Below the pieces are notes generated by a model, which saw only the letters and a program-made list of their open reading frames with translations, was not told the DNA's origin and made no database searches. 55,858 nt of DNA, taken from positions 1 to 55,858 of the IMG/VR virus record IMGVR_UViG_3300021364_000027. One strand, written 5' to 3'. Below, in pieces: positions 47,340-55,858 of the stretch. The DNA comes from a virus (taxonomy: Duplodnaviria; Caudoviricetes). Every line of letters begins with the position of its first letter. The first letter of the stretch is position 1. A program made the translations under genes and the position numbers.

Positions 47340-48831
47340 CTTTTAGGACACACTCGACTAGTTTGACTGAATCGTTATCGTTCGATTCAAGAGCTACACC
47401 TACTAATGCACTAGTGGCAATAGTTTTACAAACGCCGTTATCCCAAGCATATACAGCTTGTCCTTTTTTAACAGGTCCTTCGACTTTTACCGGAACACGA
47501 CCTTTCAATGCAATGTACTGTCCTTCAGCTTCACTGTTCATCATGATTGCAGGATCAGTTGATACTACACCAATACAAATATCACTTGATTGCGCCGGCC
47601 CTACTTCACAGCAATCATCTGCAATTACTGCTACTGCTGTTCCTGGTTCTAGTTCTGTTTCACCAGTTGTATATTTTTCTGCAAGGTCAGCATATCTTGC
47701 TTGTGTTGCAGTTCCTCTGAATAGGTTAGCATAAATATCACCGTCGCCGTCTCTAGCTGCAATAGTGTTAGCGTCTGAACCTGTTGATGCAGAACGGTAA
47801 ATACCAGATACTTCAAGGGTATCTGCTTGTGTTGCAGTTCCATTAAATGTATTTGCATAAATGTTGTTTAATGGATTTGCTGGTAAACCAACTGTTAATC
47901 CAGTTACTGCAGGATAAATGGCTTGATTAGTTATGTGCCACACATTTGTATCGTCTGCTTTAGAAATTATAACTTCATTTCTATGTAGTTGTAATCTAGG
48001 CGTTTCTAAATCTGCTCCAACTTTTACAGTCAAGTCAGTATCATTACCAACTGTAAATCCGTTGTCTCCAAAATTAACTGTGCTTGATGTAAAATCAATA
48101 GTTGCCCCAGTTTGAATAAAATCGCTTGGTGCGTATACCGCAGAACCATCTGTTAATTTAAATGCAGTTTGCGCTGATCCATAATATAAGTTTGTATTTC
48201 CTCTACTGTCTGTTCCTGAAATACCAGTTGACCCTACACCTCTTAAATTGTATCCTGCTTTGATTGTGGCAAAATCACTTGCTACCCAATTTGTAATATC
48301 AGGCTGACTTGTAGCAGGCACAAAATCAACTTCACTTACTATAGCAACAATATAATCTTCAACGTATGCAGCAGTGACGTTGTGATCTACTGCTCCAAGA
48401 TCGGCCAAAATAATGTTTTTCATTTCTGTTGTGCTGCCGGCAGTTGCTTGTGGACCAATTAGATTCCACTCATTGTTTGAATTTTTGCCGTATAATTGGT
48501 TAGTGGTGCTGTTCCACCATAGATCACCTTCTGCTAACCCTGTTGGTTGTGTAGCACTTACTTCAGCACCTGCTACAGATTTGTATTGAGTACCGTCATA
48601 TACTCTAATTTTTTCACTTGTTGCATCATACCAAATCTGACCTGTGACTGATTTTGTTGGAGCAACAGTTCCTTGGAAATTTTCTAACAAAAATACAAAG
48701 TTTTCGTTTTGTTGTTCTCCATATCCAGCAAAGTTTTTACCAATTAGTTTGAGTTCAGTTGTTGTATCAACTGTGCCGTCTTCAACTGTGACTAATTGTG
48801 ATCCGTTAAAACTATTAATTATATAAGCCAT
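47335..48831 (-). CDS. Tail fibre protein with C-terminal intramolecular-chaperone / peptidase G2-like domain
   Basis: Shared N-terminal domain (LIGKN..GYGE..NENF..LLENF..GQIWYD); C-terminal YADLAEKY..GVVST.P..MN..IALKGRVPVKV.G. Confidence 0.75.
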   Translation of the reverse strand: MAYIINSFNGSQLVTVEDGTVDTTTELKLIGKNFAGYGEQQNENFVFLLENFQGTVAPTKSVTGQIWYDATSEKIRVYDGTQYKSVAGAEVSATQPTGLAEGDLWWNSTTNQLYGKNSNNEWNLIGPQATAGSTTEMKNIILADLGAVDHNVTAAYVEDYIVAIVSEVDFVPATSQPDITNWVASDFATIKAGYNLRGVGSTGISGTDSRGNTNLYYGSAQTAFKLTDGSAVYAPSDFIQTGATIDFTSSTVNFGDNGFTVGNDTDLTVKVGADLETPRLQLHRNEVIISKADDTNVWHITNQAIYPAVTGLTVGLPANPLNNIYANTFNGTATQADTLEVSGIYRSASTGSDANTIAARDGDGDIYANLFRGTATQARYADLAEKYTTGETELEPGTAVAVIADDCCEVGPAQSSDICIGVVSTDPAIMMNSEAEGQYIALKGRVPVKVEGPVKKGQAVYAWDNGVCKTIATSALVGVALESNDNDSVKLVECVLKV

Positions 48832-48858
48832 TTAATCTACCCTATGATGCGTTAGTAG

Positions 48859-48864
48859 TATTTA
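48859..48864 (-). promoter_or_regulatory. TAAATA late-type motif
   Basis: In the 34-bp gap upstream of 47335-48831. Confidence 0.55.
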
Positions 48865-48865
48865 C

Positions 48866-50704
48866 CTAAACACTGCTGGTCAAGTCTTCTTGCCAAACCC
48901 ATGCTCCTGCTACTACTTCAAATCTTTTTAATGTTCTTGTGACTGTTAATGTGACACTATCTGTGACATCGCCAAAACTAAAATCAGCAAGTACTGATTG
49001 GTTTTGAACACCAGCACTGTCAACAGCAACAAAACTTTTTGAAACACCGTCTGTTCCGTTGTATGTGTATGAACCTGTATAACTAGTGCAATGTACTCTT
49101 GCATTTACACCGTTGTTTTTTCCTGCTGACGGCACTATATCATTTAACAAGTCAGCTAACTGAGAATTTGTTAATCCAGTAGAATCAACACTTACAGCAA
49201 CATCTAATGCTTTACTAACATCGTCTACATATTGTTTATTAGCAACATCATTAGCTGTTGCAGGAGTTGCAACATTTCTAATTTTTGTTGTACCTGTCAT
49301 GATAATATCACCATTGATATTAGCATTCAAATCATTACTTACAGTTAAGGTGTTTCCATTAAAATTAATATCGTCAATGTTCAATTCTGATAGTGTGCCA
49401 ATACTTGTAAGTCCGCTTGCTGTTGTGACACTACTATGAAGTTCATTTATTGTTAAAACATTTGTTCCGTTTATTCTATAACCATAACCATCAGCTACAT
49501 CAACATTTACGTTCGATGTCCATGCATTTGTTGCGTTTTTCCAAACCCATTCTTTGTCAAGACCAGATGATTTTAAAACAACACCACCATCGTCAACTGT
49601 TGCATCATCTCCTAAACTACTATCTTCAGTAATACCAAGTTCTACTTGTTTGTCTTCTACACGTAGTGTTGCTACTTCTAATGCAGTTTGTGTGCCTTCT
49701 ACAACCATATTGCCTGTGACTCGCAAATCTCCAGTAATATCGAGTGTATAAGAAGGTGTTGCATCAAAAATTCCCACACGATTGTTAGAAGCATCTACTG
49801 TAATTGCATCAACTGCTGCGCCACTGTTTGTGACTTGAATTTTAATATTGGCGTCTTCTCTTAATGCACCTAGTACAATGTCTCTGTCTGCTGAAGTTGT
49901 ATCTGTACTAATACTGAATCTACTTACATCTCCGACTAATGCACCTCTATCATTATTAATATGTAAATGTTGATTAGTAGTTTGATAAGTTGCAATTGGC
50001 AAAGACGGGCTTACTTGTAAAAAGCTACTCGGAGCAAAAACATCAGAACCCGAAATCAAGTTTTCTGAATTTGTGGCAGTGCCATTCCATTTAAAATTGC
50101 TGTAAGTAGGATTGATGTTAACACCCTGTTTAAATGTATAAGGCGATGTAAATCCATTAAGAAGTGCCACATTGGAATCAATAGTTGCTGCTGTAAAATC
50201 TTCTGCACAAACAAGAGCTACGGTTCTATTTCCAACACTCCATCTACCTACAGTTTTTGTAATTCCAAAGCTATCTATAAGACTAATTGCATCATATTCT
50301 GTTTTTGCTTGCGTTCTAGTATAACTAGGGCCAACTAGATACTCTGCTGCACCGTCACTAAAATAAAGTTGTTTATTAGTAGCGTCAATCCATAAATCAC
50401 CAGCAACCAAGGTTGGTTTAATTGCACTGTAAGTTGTTGTATCAGTGCCTCTAAACTGTTCGCCGTCCCAAACTTTTAGTCTGCCTTCGCTTGTATCATA
50501 CCAAATTTGTCCTCTTAAAGGATTTGCAGGAGCACTTGTAGCAGCAAAGTTTTCAATGATTTTTACAAAGTTTTCATTGAATGCTTCTCCATAGCCAGTG
50601 TAATTTCTGCCAACAAGTGTGACATCAGTTGATGTAGTATCTATAGCACCGTCAATTAAATCTACTAATAGAGTTCCATCGGTTTTATTAATTTTATAGC
50701 TCAT
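48866..50704 (-). CDS. Tail fibre protein
   Basis: Same N-terminal domain; NRVGI..TP..TLDITG and NVATP..DVANKQYVD fibre motifs. Confidence 0.75.
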   Translation of the reverse strand: MSYKINKTDGTLLVDLIDGAIDTTSTDVTLVGRNYTGYGEAFNENFVKIIENFAATSAPANPLRGQIWYDTSEGRLKVWDGEQFRGTDTTTYSAIKPTLVAGDLWIDATNKQLYFSDGAAEYLVGPSYTRTQAKTEYDAISLIDSFGITKTVGRWSVGNRTVALVCAEDFTAATIDSNVALLNGFTSPYTFKQGVNINPTYSNFKWNGTATNSENLISGSDVFAPSSFLQVSPSLPIATYQTTNQHLHINNDRGALVGDVSRFSISTDTTSADRDIVLGALREDANIKIQVTNSGAAVDAITVDASNNRVGIFDATPSYTLDITGDLRVTGNMVVEGTQTALEVATLRVEDKQVELGITEDSSLGDDATVDDGGVVLKSSGLDKEWVWKNATNAWTSNVNVDVADGYGYRINGTNVLTINELHSSVTTASGLTSIGTLSELNIDDINFNGNTLTVSNDLNANINGDIIMTGTTKIRNVATPATANDVANKQYVDDVSKALDVAVSVDSTGLTNSQLADLLNDIVPSAGKNNGVNARVHCTSYTGSYTYNGTDGVSKSFVAVDSAGVQNQSVLADFSFGDVTDSVTLTVTRTLKRFEVVAGAWVWQEDLTSSV

Positions 50705-52767
50705 TAAGACCCTCCTGTGTAGATAATAAACTCAACTGTTGTATACGGACTGGTATGATAATAAGGATTACTTTGTATGTCATTCATTGATCCTGTTCTA
50801 TCAATTCCTGTGCCTGTTGTCGTTCCTGAAATATTTTGAGAACTTGCACCAGTATCTGTGCCACCTGTGACATTTGTGACTCCATAATATTGTTCGCCGT
50901 TGTCGCCTTGCATACTGTGCGTGTGATCTGGTAATTGTTCTTGGGTAAGAATATGAGATTCAGAGCCGCCAGTTAAACCAACTGTATTAGCTGCTGTGTC
51001 GTTTAACACTCTGTTTCCGCTTGTTGCTGCACCCAAGTGTCCAAGTAAAAATCTTCCTCTAAAATCAGGTAGCACAAAAAAGTCTGGTGTACTAGGTGTT
51101 CCATATCGATCGCCTATAATAGCATATAACGGCTCATAATCGCCGCCTCGTGCAAGTTCTTGTCCGTGACATAACTCCCACCCAGTTGGTGCAACAGTTC
51201 CTGCGTATGGCATTATCATTGCAATTTGAAATACTGGTATTGTACTAACAATTTGTGCCTGCGTCATTTTACGCAAACCTTCTGAGTTATAAACTAGGAA
51301 TTCATCTGTTCCTGCTGTTGATACCGACACTGGAGTTTGATTTGTAAGAAAATTTGCATCAATATTCAATGTCCATTCTTTAGTTGTGCCGCCAACTTGA
51401 CCGTCAAATGTGACACTACCTGTTGCAGTCACATCACCTGCGCTATTGAATTGGAAAGTTGTAGGACTAGCAAGTTTACCTGCTGTTTGCGCACTACCGC
51501 TTACATTACCTGTGACATTTCCTTCTAAATTTCCGTGGAAAGTATTTGAATATACATGAGCATATTTTAAATTAGGTGTACCAATACTATTTGCTAAAGT
51601 TGTATAAGGTTGTATATTTTCAGCATAAATTGAGCTTGTATTATTTGTATCGTTTTGGTTAAAATAAGCATCACCGCCAACATTGATATCTTTTGCAATA
51701 CCAATTCCACCAGCTGTGTTAATTGCACCATCTGTTGTATTAGTACTGTTCAAGGTACTTGTAGAAATTATTTTTGATGCTTTTATATTTCCAGTGACAT
51801 CTAATGCTTCTTCTGGTGAAGTATTCAAAATACCATGTTTTCCATCAGATGCAATATACAAAGAGGTTTGATTTGCTCCACTGTTATTTGTGTTAAAATT
51901 AATTGATCCGTCTGTGGCTTTATTTCTAATAGTCACTGACGATCCTGTGACACTTGCTGTTAAGATTCCATTTTCACCAATAGTAAGTCCTGCATTGCTT
52001 GCAATCCTTTGTTCTTTTGTAAATCTATTTGTCACATCCTTTGTTGCAACATCTCCGTAGACAATGCTGTTATTTCCCCTTGCATCTACTAACGCTTCTG
52101 CTTTTTCACTGGTTCCATAATATTTTGCTTTTGCTCCAGAAAATATAGCTTCTGTTGGAATATTAACACCAGGTTTCATTACATAACCTGTAGGAAATCC
52201 AGTGACTTTAACTTTTGGTGTAAATTCAACATAGCTGTAAACTGCAATAATATTATTGTTTACATAATTAATTAATACTGTGTGATTTGCATCAGTGCCA
52301 AGTAGTGTGCTTGTGCCAACAAGTGTTTCTATTTTTGCGCCTGTAGCAGTAGACTCACTGTAGTCTGGTCCAATTAAAACCCAACCACTTCCACTATAGA
52401 TATATGCTTGTAAATTTGCTGTATCTACCCAAATATCTCCAAGTATACTTGCACTTGCTTCTGGCTGCGAAGCTGCTTTTTTAATACCGCCTGCTGCTAC
52501 CCATGCCGCACCATCGTATACTTTTAATTGATCTACACCTGTAGTTGTATCGTACCAAAGTTGTCCTTCTACTGGACTACTAGGTGCAGTAGTATTTGCA
52601 AAATTTTCTAAAATATGCAAAAAGTTTTCGTTGATATAAGCACCATAACCAGACAGATTCTGTCCTACTAATTTTAAACTTGTATCTGTAGAATTTAGTC
52701 CATTTTCTTCAACTGTAAGAGAACCTTTGTTAATTAAATCTGTAAAGTTTATGGTATAGTCTGCCAT
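50704..52767 (-). CDS. Tail fibre protein with phage tail-collar domain
   Basis: Same N-terminal domain; MIMPYAG..PTGWELCHGQ..LYAIIG..YG..LPDFRGRF..GGSESH.LT..LP.HTH. Confidence 0.85.
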   Translation of the reverse strand: MADYTINFTDLINKGSLTVEENGLNSTDTSLKLVGQNLSGYGAYINENFLHILENFANTTAPSSPVEGQLWYDTTTGVDQLKVYDGAAWVAAGGIKKAASQPEASASILGDIWVDTANLQAYIYSGSGWVLIGPDYSESTATGAKIETLVGTSTLLGTDANHTVLINYVNNNIIAVYSYVEFTPKVKVTGFPTGYVMKPGVNIPTEAIFSGAKAKYYGTSEKAEALVDARGNNSIVYGDVATKDVTNRFTKEQRIASNAGLTIGENGILTASVTGSSVTIRNKATDGSINFNTNNSGANQTSLYIASDGKHGILNTSPEEALDVTGNIKASKIISTSTLNSTNTTDGAINTAGGIGIAKDINVGGDAYFNQNDTNNTSSIYAENIQPYTTLANSIGTPNLKYAHVYSNTFHGNLEGNVTGNVSGSAQTAGKLASPTTFQFNSAGDVTATGSVTFDGQVGGTTKEWTLNIDANFLTNQTPVSVSTAGTDEFLVYNSEGLRKMTQAQIVSTIPVFQIAMIMPYAGTVAPTGWELCHGQELARGGDYEPLYAIIGDRYGTPSTPDFFVLPDFRGRFLLGHLGAATSGNRVLNDTAANTVGLTGGSESHILTQEQLPDHTHSMQGDNGEQYYGVTNVTGGTDTGASSQNISGTTTGTGIDRTGSMNDIQSNPYYHTSPYTTVEFIIYTGGS

Positions 52768-52769
52768 GA

Positions 52770-53378
52770 TTACCCCTCAATTCCACTTAAACTTTGAATC
52801 CTCACAGTATAGTCTACCTGTATCAAACGATTCAAACTTTTTTGTACTGGATGGAAAATAACATGTGTGATTAATCTTCCAGTTCCGCTTGCACTATAAC
52901 TACGTAAACCTAATTCATCAAATACATATAAACTGTCATTACTACCGGCAGTATCAAATGCATCTTGTCCTGATGGTTCTCCATAATCTAACAAGCATCT
53001 AACCAATATATCAGTATAATTTGTGCCACTAACATGTCTAATTTCAGTTTTATTTCTTGCTGGATCAGTGTTGTTAACACTGCGTTCATCTACTACTTTT
53101 GTAAATGTTTGATTATATAAACTGCTGTTTGTGCCTGTGCTATTTGGTGTTAAGTATGTCACAATACCTGTTGGATCAACACTGGTTCCGCCATTGCCAA
53201 AACTCATTTCATAAACAAAGCCTTCGCCTTGGTTAGCAAGACTTTCTGCTAGTGCAATACTCATATTTTCATAGTGAATCGCATTGCGTTTATTCACATA
53301 AATTTCGCCGCTATCGGGGTCAGAAATTTTAATGTGTCCTTCAACATGTATTCCATTTAGATCATTAAACTGTGTCAT
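52770..53378 (-). CDS. Putative baseplate/tail structural protein
   Basis: GHIKI.D..N, FG.GGT, FDELGL, HPVQKS; lies between the baseplate-like and fibre genes. Confidence 0.55.
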   Translation of the reverse strand: MTQFNDLNGIHVEGHIKISDPDSGEIYVNKRNAIHYENMSIALAESLANQGEGFVYEMSFGNGGTSVDPTGIVTYLTPNSTGTNSSLYNQTFTKVVDERSVNNTDPARNKTEIRHVSGTNYTDILVRCLLDYGEPSGQDAFDTAGSNDSLYVFDELGLRSYSASGTGRLITHVIFHPVQKSLNRLIQVDYTVRIQSLSGIEG

Positions 53379-53396
53379 CTTTTTTACCTTATACTG

Positions 53397-53402
53397 TATT
53401 TA
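53397..53402 (-). promoter_or_regulatory. TAAATA late-type motif
   Basis: TAAATA-cagt-ataAGGT..ATG(53378), overlapping the upstream stop. Confidence 0.55.
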
Positions 53403-55858
53403 TTTAGGTAGCTCAATTGTTGCTCCGCGAATAAATTTTGCTATTGGTGAAGAGCTGGTTCTAAGGGTTTCGTTTGGTTGAATCCATCTTTTTCCGGTTC
53501 TTTTCACTACTCTTATTTCTGTGTTTACAGCAGGAGTTGTTGTAAAGTTTATACGCTTTTCTCCTGATACATCTACTACTGTAAACTCTTGTGCTCTAAC
53601 TTGATCACCTTCTGTACTGTCTTGTGCTATTGTGTTATTGTAAACATCAACATCAACTTTACTTAACTTTCTGCCACCAACAAACACTTCAATTTCGTTT
53701 ATGTTATCAAATGTAAATCCAAGATCTACAATTTGACTTGACCCATCTGCAAAATCTCTATATACATCGTATGTGTCTTGGTAATCAATTGTTTCTCCTG
53801 GTCCTTGACCAAATGCTCTATCGCCTGCTTTGTGCAAACTCTTAACACCTGTGCCTAAGGTTCCTCTACGCAACTGAGACAATGTGTTTCCTTGGATTGC
53901 AAAGTATTCAATGCGTTCACCATCAATCCAAAGTATACCTGGTATATTTTTTGTTGTACTTGGTTGCTGTATGCCTGTTGTATCATCAAGCACAAGAGTA
54001 TTGTCATATGGTTGTAGGTCTGCTGCTAAAACATAACTGTTTTCTTGACTTAGACGCTTATAGTGTGTTCTGCCAAGCATATCTCTAAATATTCTATAAC
54101 CAAAACGTTTACCTGATACTGCATTAGCCCAGTGTAAAACTTGTATTTTGTCATTAGCAGCAGGAATTTCATTTAGTCTTACTGCATCAAGTTCTTCCAT
54201 TACTTCGTAGTCAATTAAAGGACGTAGTAATTTTTTATTTTTTACCACCCACACATATTGAGCTCCAGCTGCTTGACTATCAAGTTCAATAATACCACTT
54301 GTAAGCAAATTACGTCTTGTATATTCAGGAGTAAACTCATTAACAACTGTATCAGTGAGAACATCATAACTGTATCTTCTAAACTTGTTGACATCGTGAT
54401 TACTAAAGTGCATTACTCTGTAAGTTGTAAATATACCGTTGTATTTTTCTGGATCAATACTGATACTATCACTATCTACAAATTCTAAGTTTGCAATTTT
54501 CATTTGTGTAGAATCGTTTGTGACCCAGAAATCTTCATCAGCAACAAATTCATCTCTAATTTGTCTGGCCATACCTTGCACTACAACTACATTATTTGAT
54601 ACCGATTTAACAACTGGATTAAAAATAGTTGAAGTTGCTGTGCTTACTAATTTTAGAGGTTGTCCAACTGTGACCAAAGATTCCATGTTTATAGTGGTAC
54701 TACCGTCTAACTCTGTAAATTCTATTTGTGTATCAATAAAGTAATAATCAGCATTATTAATAACATAGATATCTAGTTTTGTTCCTGCTGGAGCAACTGT
54801 GTTTGACAAAATAGTAATTCTAGCACTTGTTTGATCCCAAGACCAAAACTGTCTATCAACTCTAACATCGTCAGCATAAACCAAAATATCTCTGCTGTTA
54901 ATCTGTGTTAGGTCTGCAAATGCCCAACTATCTAAATCATATACTCTATCAGACGTTGTAGTATATCTTATACTATAACCCGGATCTAGTATTTCATCAT
55001 CACCAAACACAATTAAGTTATGACCTAAAGGTTTAACATTGATAGGTGTTGGAGTATCTATAAAGTTCCAATAATTTCCTAGTGTTTGATTCCACGATAT
55101 ATCTTGATATATTTGACTATAACTTACAAGATTTGTATCATATACAGCATATTGTATTATATTGTCTTCGTCGAGTCTAATACTACCTCCTGGAAATTCT
55201 ATGGCAATTTTGTTTGCTGCTTCTGTGGTACTATCGCTTATATTCAAGAAGTAATCAGTGCCTTCGATTGCAATTCGACCATTAAGAACAACAATTGCAC
55301 TAGCATCACTGCTAAAATCTGCGGCTGTCACAAATCTCCAATTTTCTTCTTGTGGTTGATTTGCAAAATCATATGAATTAAGTTGTATTGTTTTAGCATC
55401 AATTAAATTGTTGCCATTAGAACCAAATGTCATTACAGTCACACTATCACCTGCATCAATGTTTTGATCGCTATCAATAAACACTACATTTAAATCAAAG
55501 TCTGTTGAAAATAAATCTTCTCTTAGAACTTTTTGATTAACCATTACAACAACATTTGTTTCTCCAAATGGTTTTTCAGGAAACTCAAATTCATTTGTTG
55601 AACCATCATAGACATAATTAGCAACAGCAATATTTGCTTGTCCATTATTAGGCCTTGTGTAAACTTGTAAGTCTAGTGTGTCTGTGACTGTTCCAGGCAC
55701 AAGTTCTTCGGGTCCTTTACTGTTTGTTTCAATAAAGAATCCGTCACCATCTACAACAATTTCTCCACTTGGTATACCAGTAGCAGTAGTCTTGTCAAGT
55801 GCGCCACCTGATAAACTTGTATCAAAGTTTGTGCTTACTGGAGCTAAAGATCCGTCGC
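53400..55858 (-). CDS. Large baseplate-wedge-like structural protein, 5' end outside the window
   Basis: Frame stays open from 55700 to the window edge (..VVDGDGF..GPEELVPG..); repeated V.VNG..L..DY beta modules; C-terminal IDGERIEY..LRRGTLGT. Confidence 0.65.
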   Translation of the reverse strand, partial: DGSLAPVSTNFDTSLSGGALDKTTATGIPSGEIVVDGDGFFIETNSKGPEELVPGTVTDTLDLQVYTRPNNGQANIAVANYVYDGSTNEFEFPEKPFGETNVVVMVNQKVLREDLFSTDFDLNVVFIDSDQNIDAGDSVTVMTFGSNGNNLIDAKTIQLNSYDFANQPQEENWRFVTAADFSSDASAIVVLNGRIAIEGTDYFLNISDSTTEAANKIAIEFPGGSIRLDEDNIIQYAVYDTNLVSYSQIYQDISWNQTLGNYWNFIDTPTPINVKPLGHNLIVFGDDEILDPGYSIRYTTTSDRVYDLDSWAFADLTQINSRDILVYADDVRVDRQFWSWDQTSARITILSNTVAPAGTKLDIYVINNADYYFIDTQIEFTELDGSTTINMESLVTVGQPLKLVSTATSTIFNPVVKSVSNNVVVVQGMARQIRDEFVADEDFWVTNDSTQMKIANLEFVDSDSISIDPEKYNGIFTTYRVMHFSNHDVNKFRRYSYDVLTDTVVNEFTPEYTRRNLLTSGIIELDSQAAGAQYVWVVKNKKLLRPLIDYEVMEELDAVRLNEIPAANDKIQVLHWANAVSGKRFGYRIFRDMLGRTHYKRLSQENSYVLAADLQPYDNTLVLDDTTGIQQPSTTKNIPGILWIDGERIEYFAIQGNTLSQLRRGTLGTGVKSLHKAGDRAFGQGPGETIDYQDTYDVYRDFADGSSQIVDLGFTFDNINEIEVFVGGRKLSKVDVDVYNNTIAQDSTEGDQVRAQEFTVVDVSGEKRINFTTTPAVNTEIRVVKRTGKRWIQPNETLRTSSSPIAKFIRGATIELPK

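Noticed and set aside
1570-55376. Many short ORFs antisense or out of frame to long genes (e.g. 5873-6334, 10633-11031, 47117-47734)
   Set aside because: They lie almost wholly within well-supported genes, have no motifs or RBS, and look like shadow ORFs
55698-55700. GTG start at 55700 from the ORF track
   Set aside because: The reading frame is open to the window edge, so the gene is 5'-truncated
1-55858. Alternative genetic code (stop-codon reassignment, as in some jumbo phages)
   Set aside because: The standard code gives near-complete coding density with coupled genes; TAA, TAG and TGA all act as stops
1-55858. CRISPR arrays, tRNAs, introns/inteins, transposases or a DGR
   Set aside because: Intergenic gaps are under about 75 bp, and no nucleotide repeat arrays, reverse transcriptase, homing endonuclease or intein motifs were noticed

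Overview
AT-rich, gene-dense segment of a large tailed (jumbo/myovirus-like) bacteriophage genome, read with the standard genetic code. The right end (45.3-55.9 kb, minus strand) is a virion tail/baseplate module: a partial giant baseplate-like protein, three paralogous tail-fibre proteins (one with a tail-collar domain, one with a C-terminal autocleaving-chaperone-like domain) and two paralogous structural proteins. The remaining ~45 kb is an unusually large block of tailoring enzymes. It holds 18 radical SAM proteins in three paralogous architectures, about 9 glycosyltransferase-like proteins, 4 SGNH-like proteins with a G-C-S motif, 3 methyltransferases, 3 putative Fe(II)/2OG hydroxylases, a NeuA-type cytidylyltransferase, an NDP-sugar epimerase, a minimal DegT aminotransferase, an amidinotransferase, a QueC-like ATPase and a kinase-like protein. 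One repeat-rich fibre-like gene sits in the middle of this block. The best-supported reading (inference) is a phage-encoded glycan/protein hypermodification pathway, probably decorating the virion. Two promoter classes are visible: near-perfect sigma70 promoters and T4-like TAAATA late motifs, many placed so that transcripts would be leaderless. GTWAC appears depleted. All family calls come from motif recognition by eye; no database searches were run.
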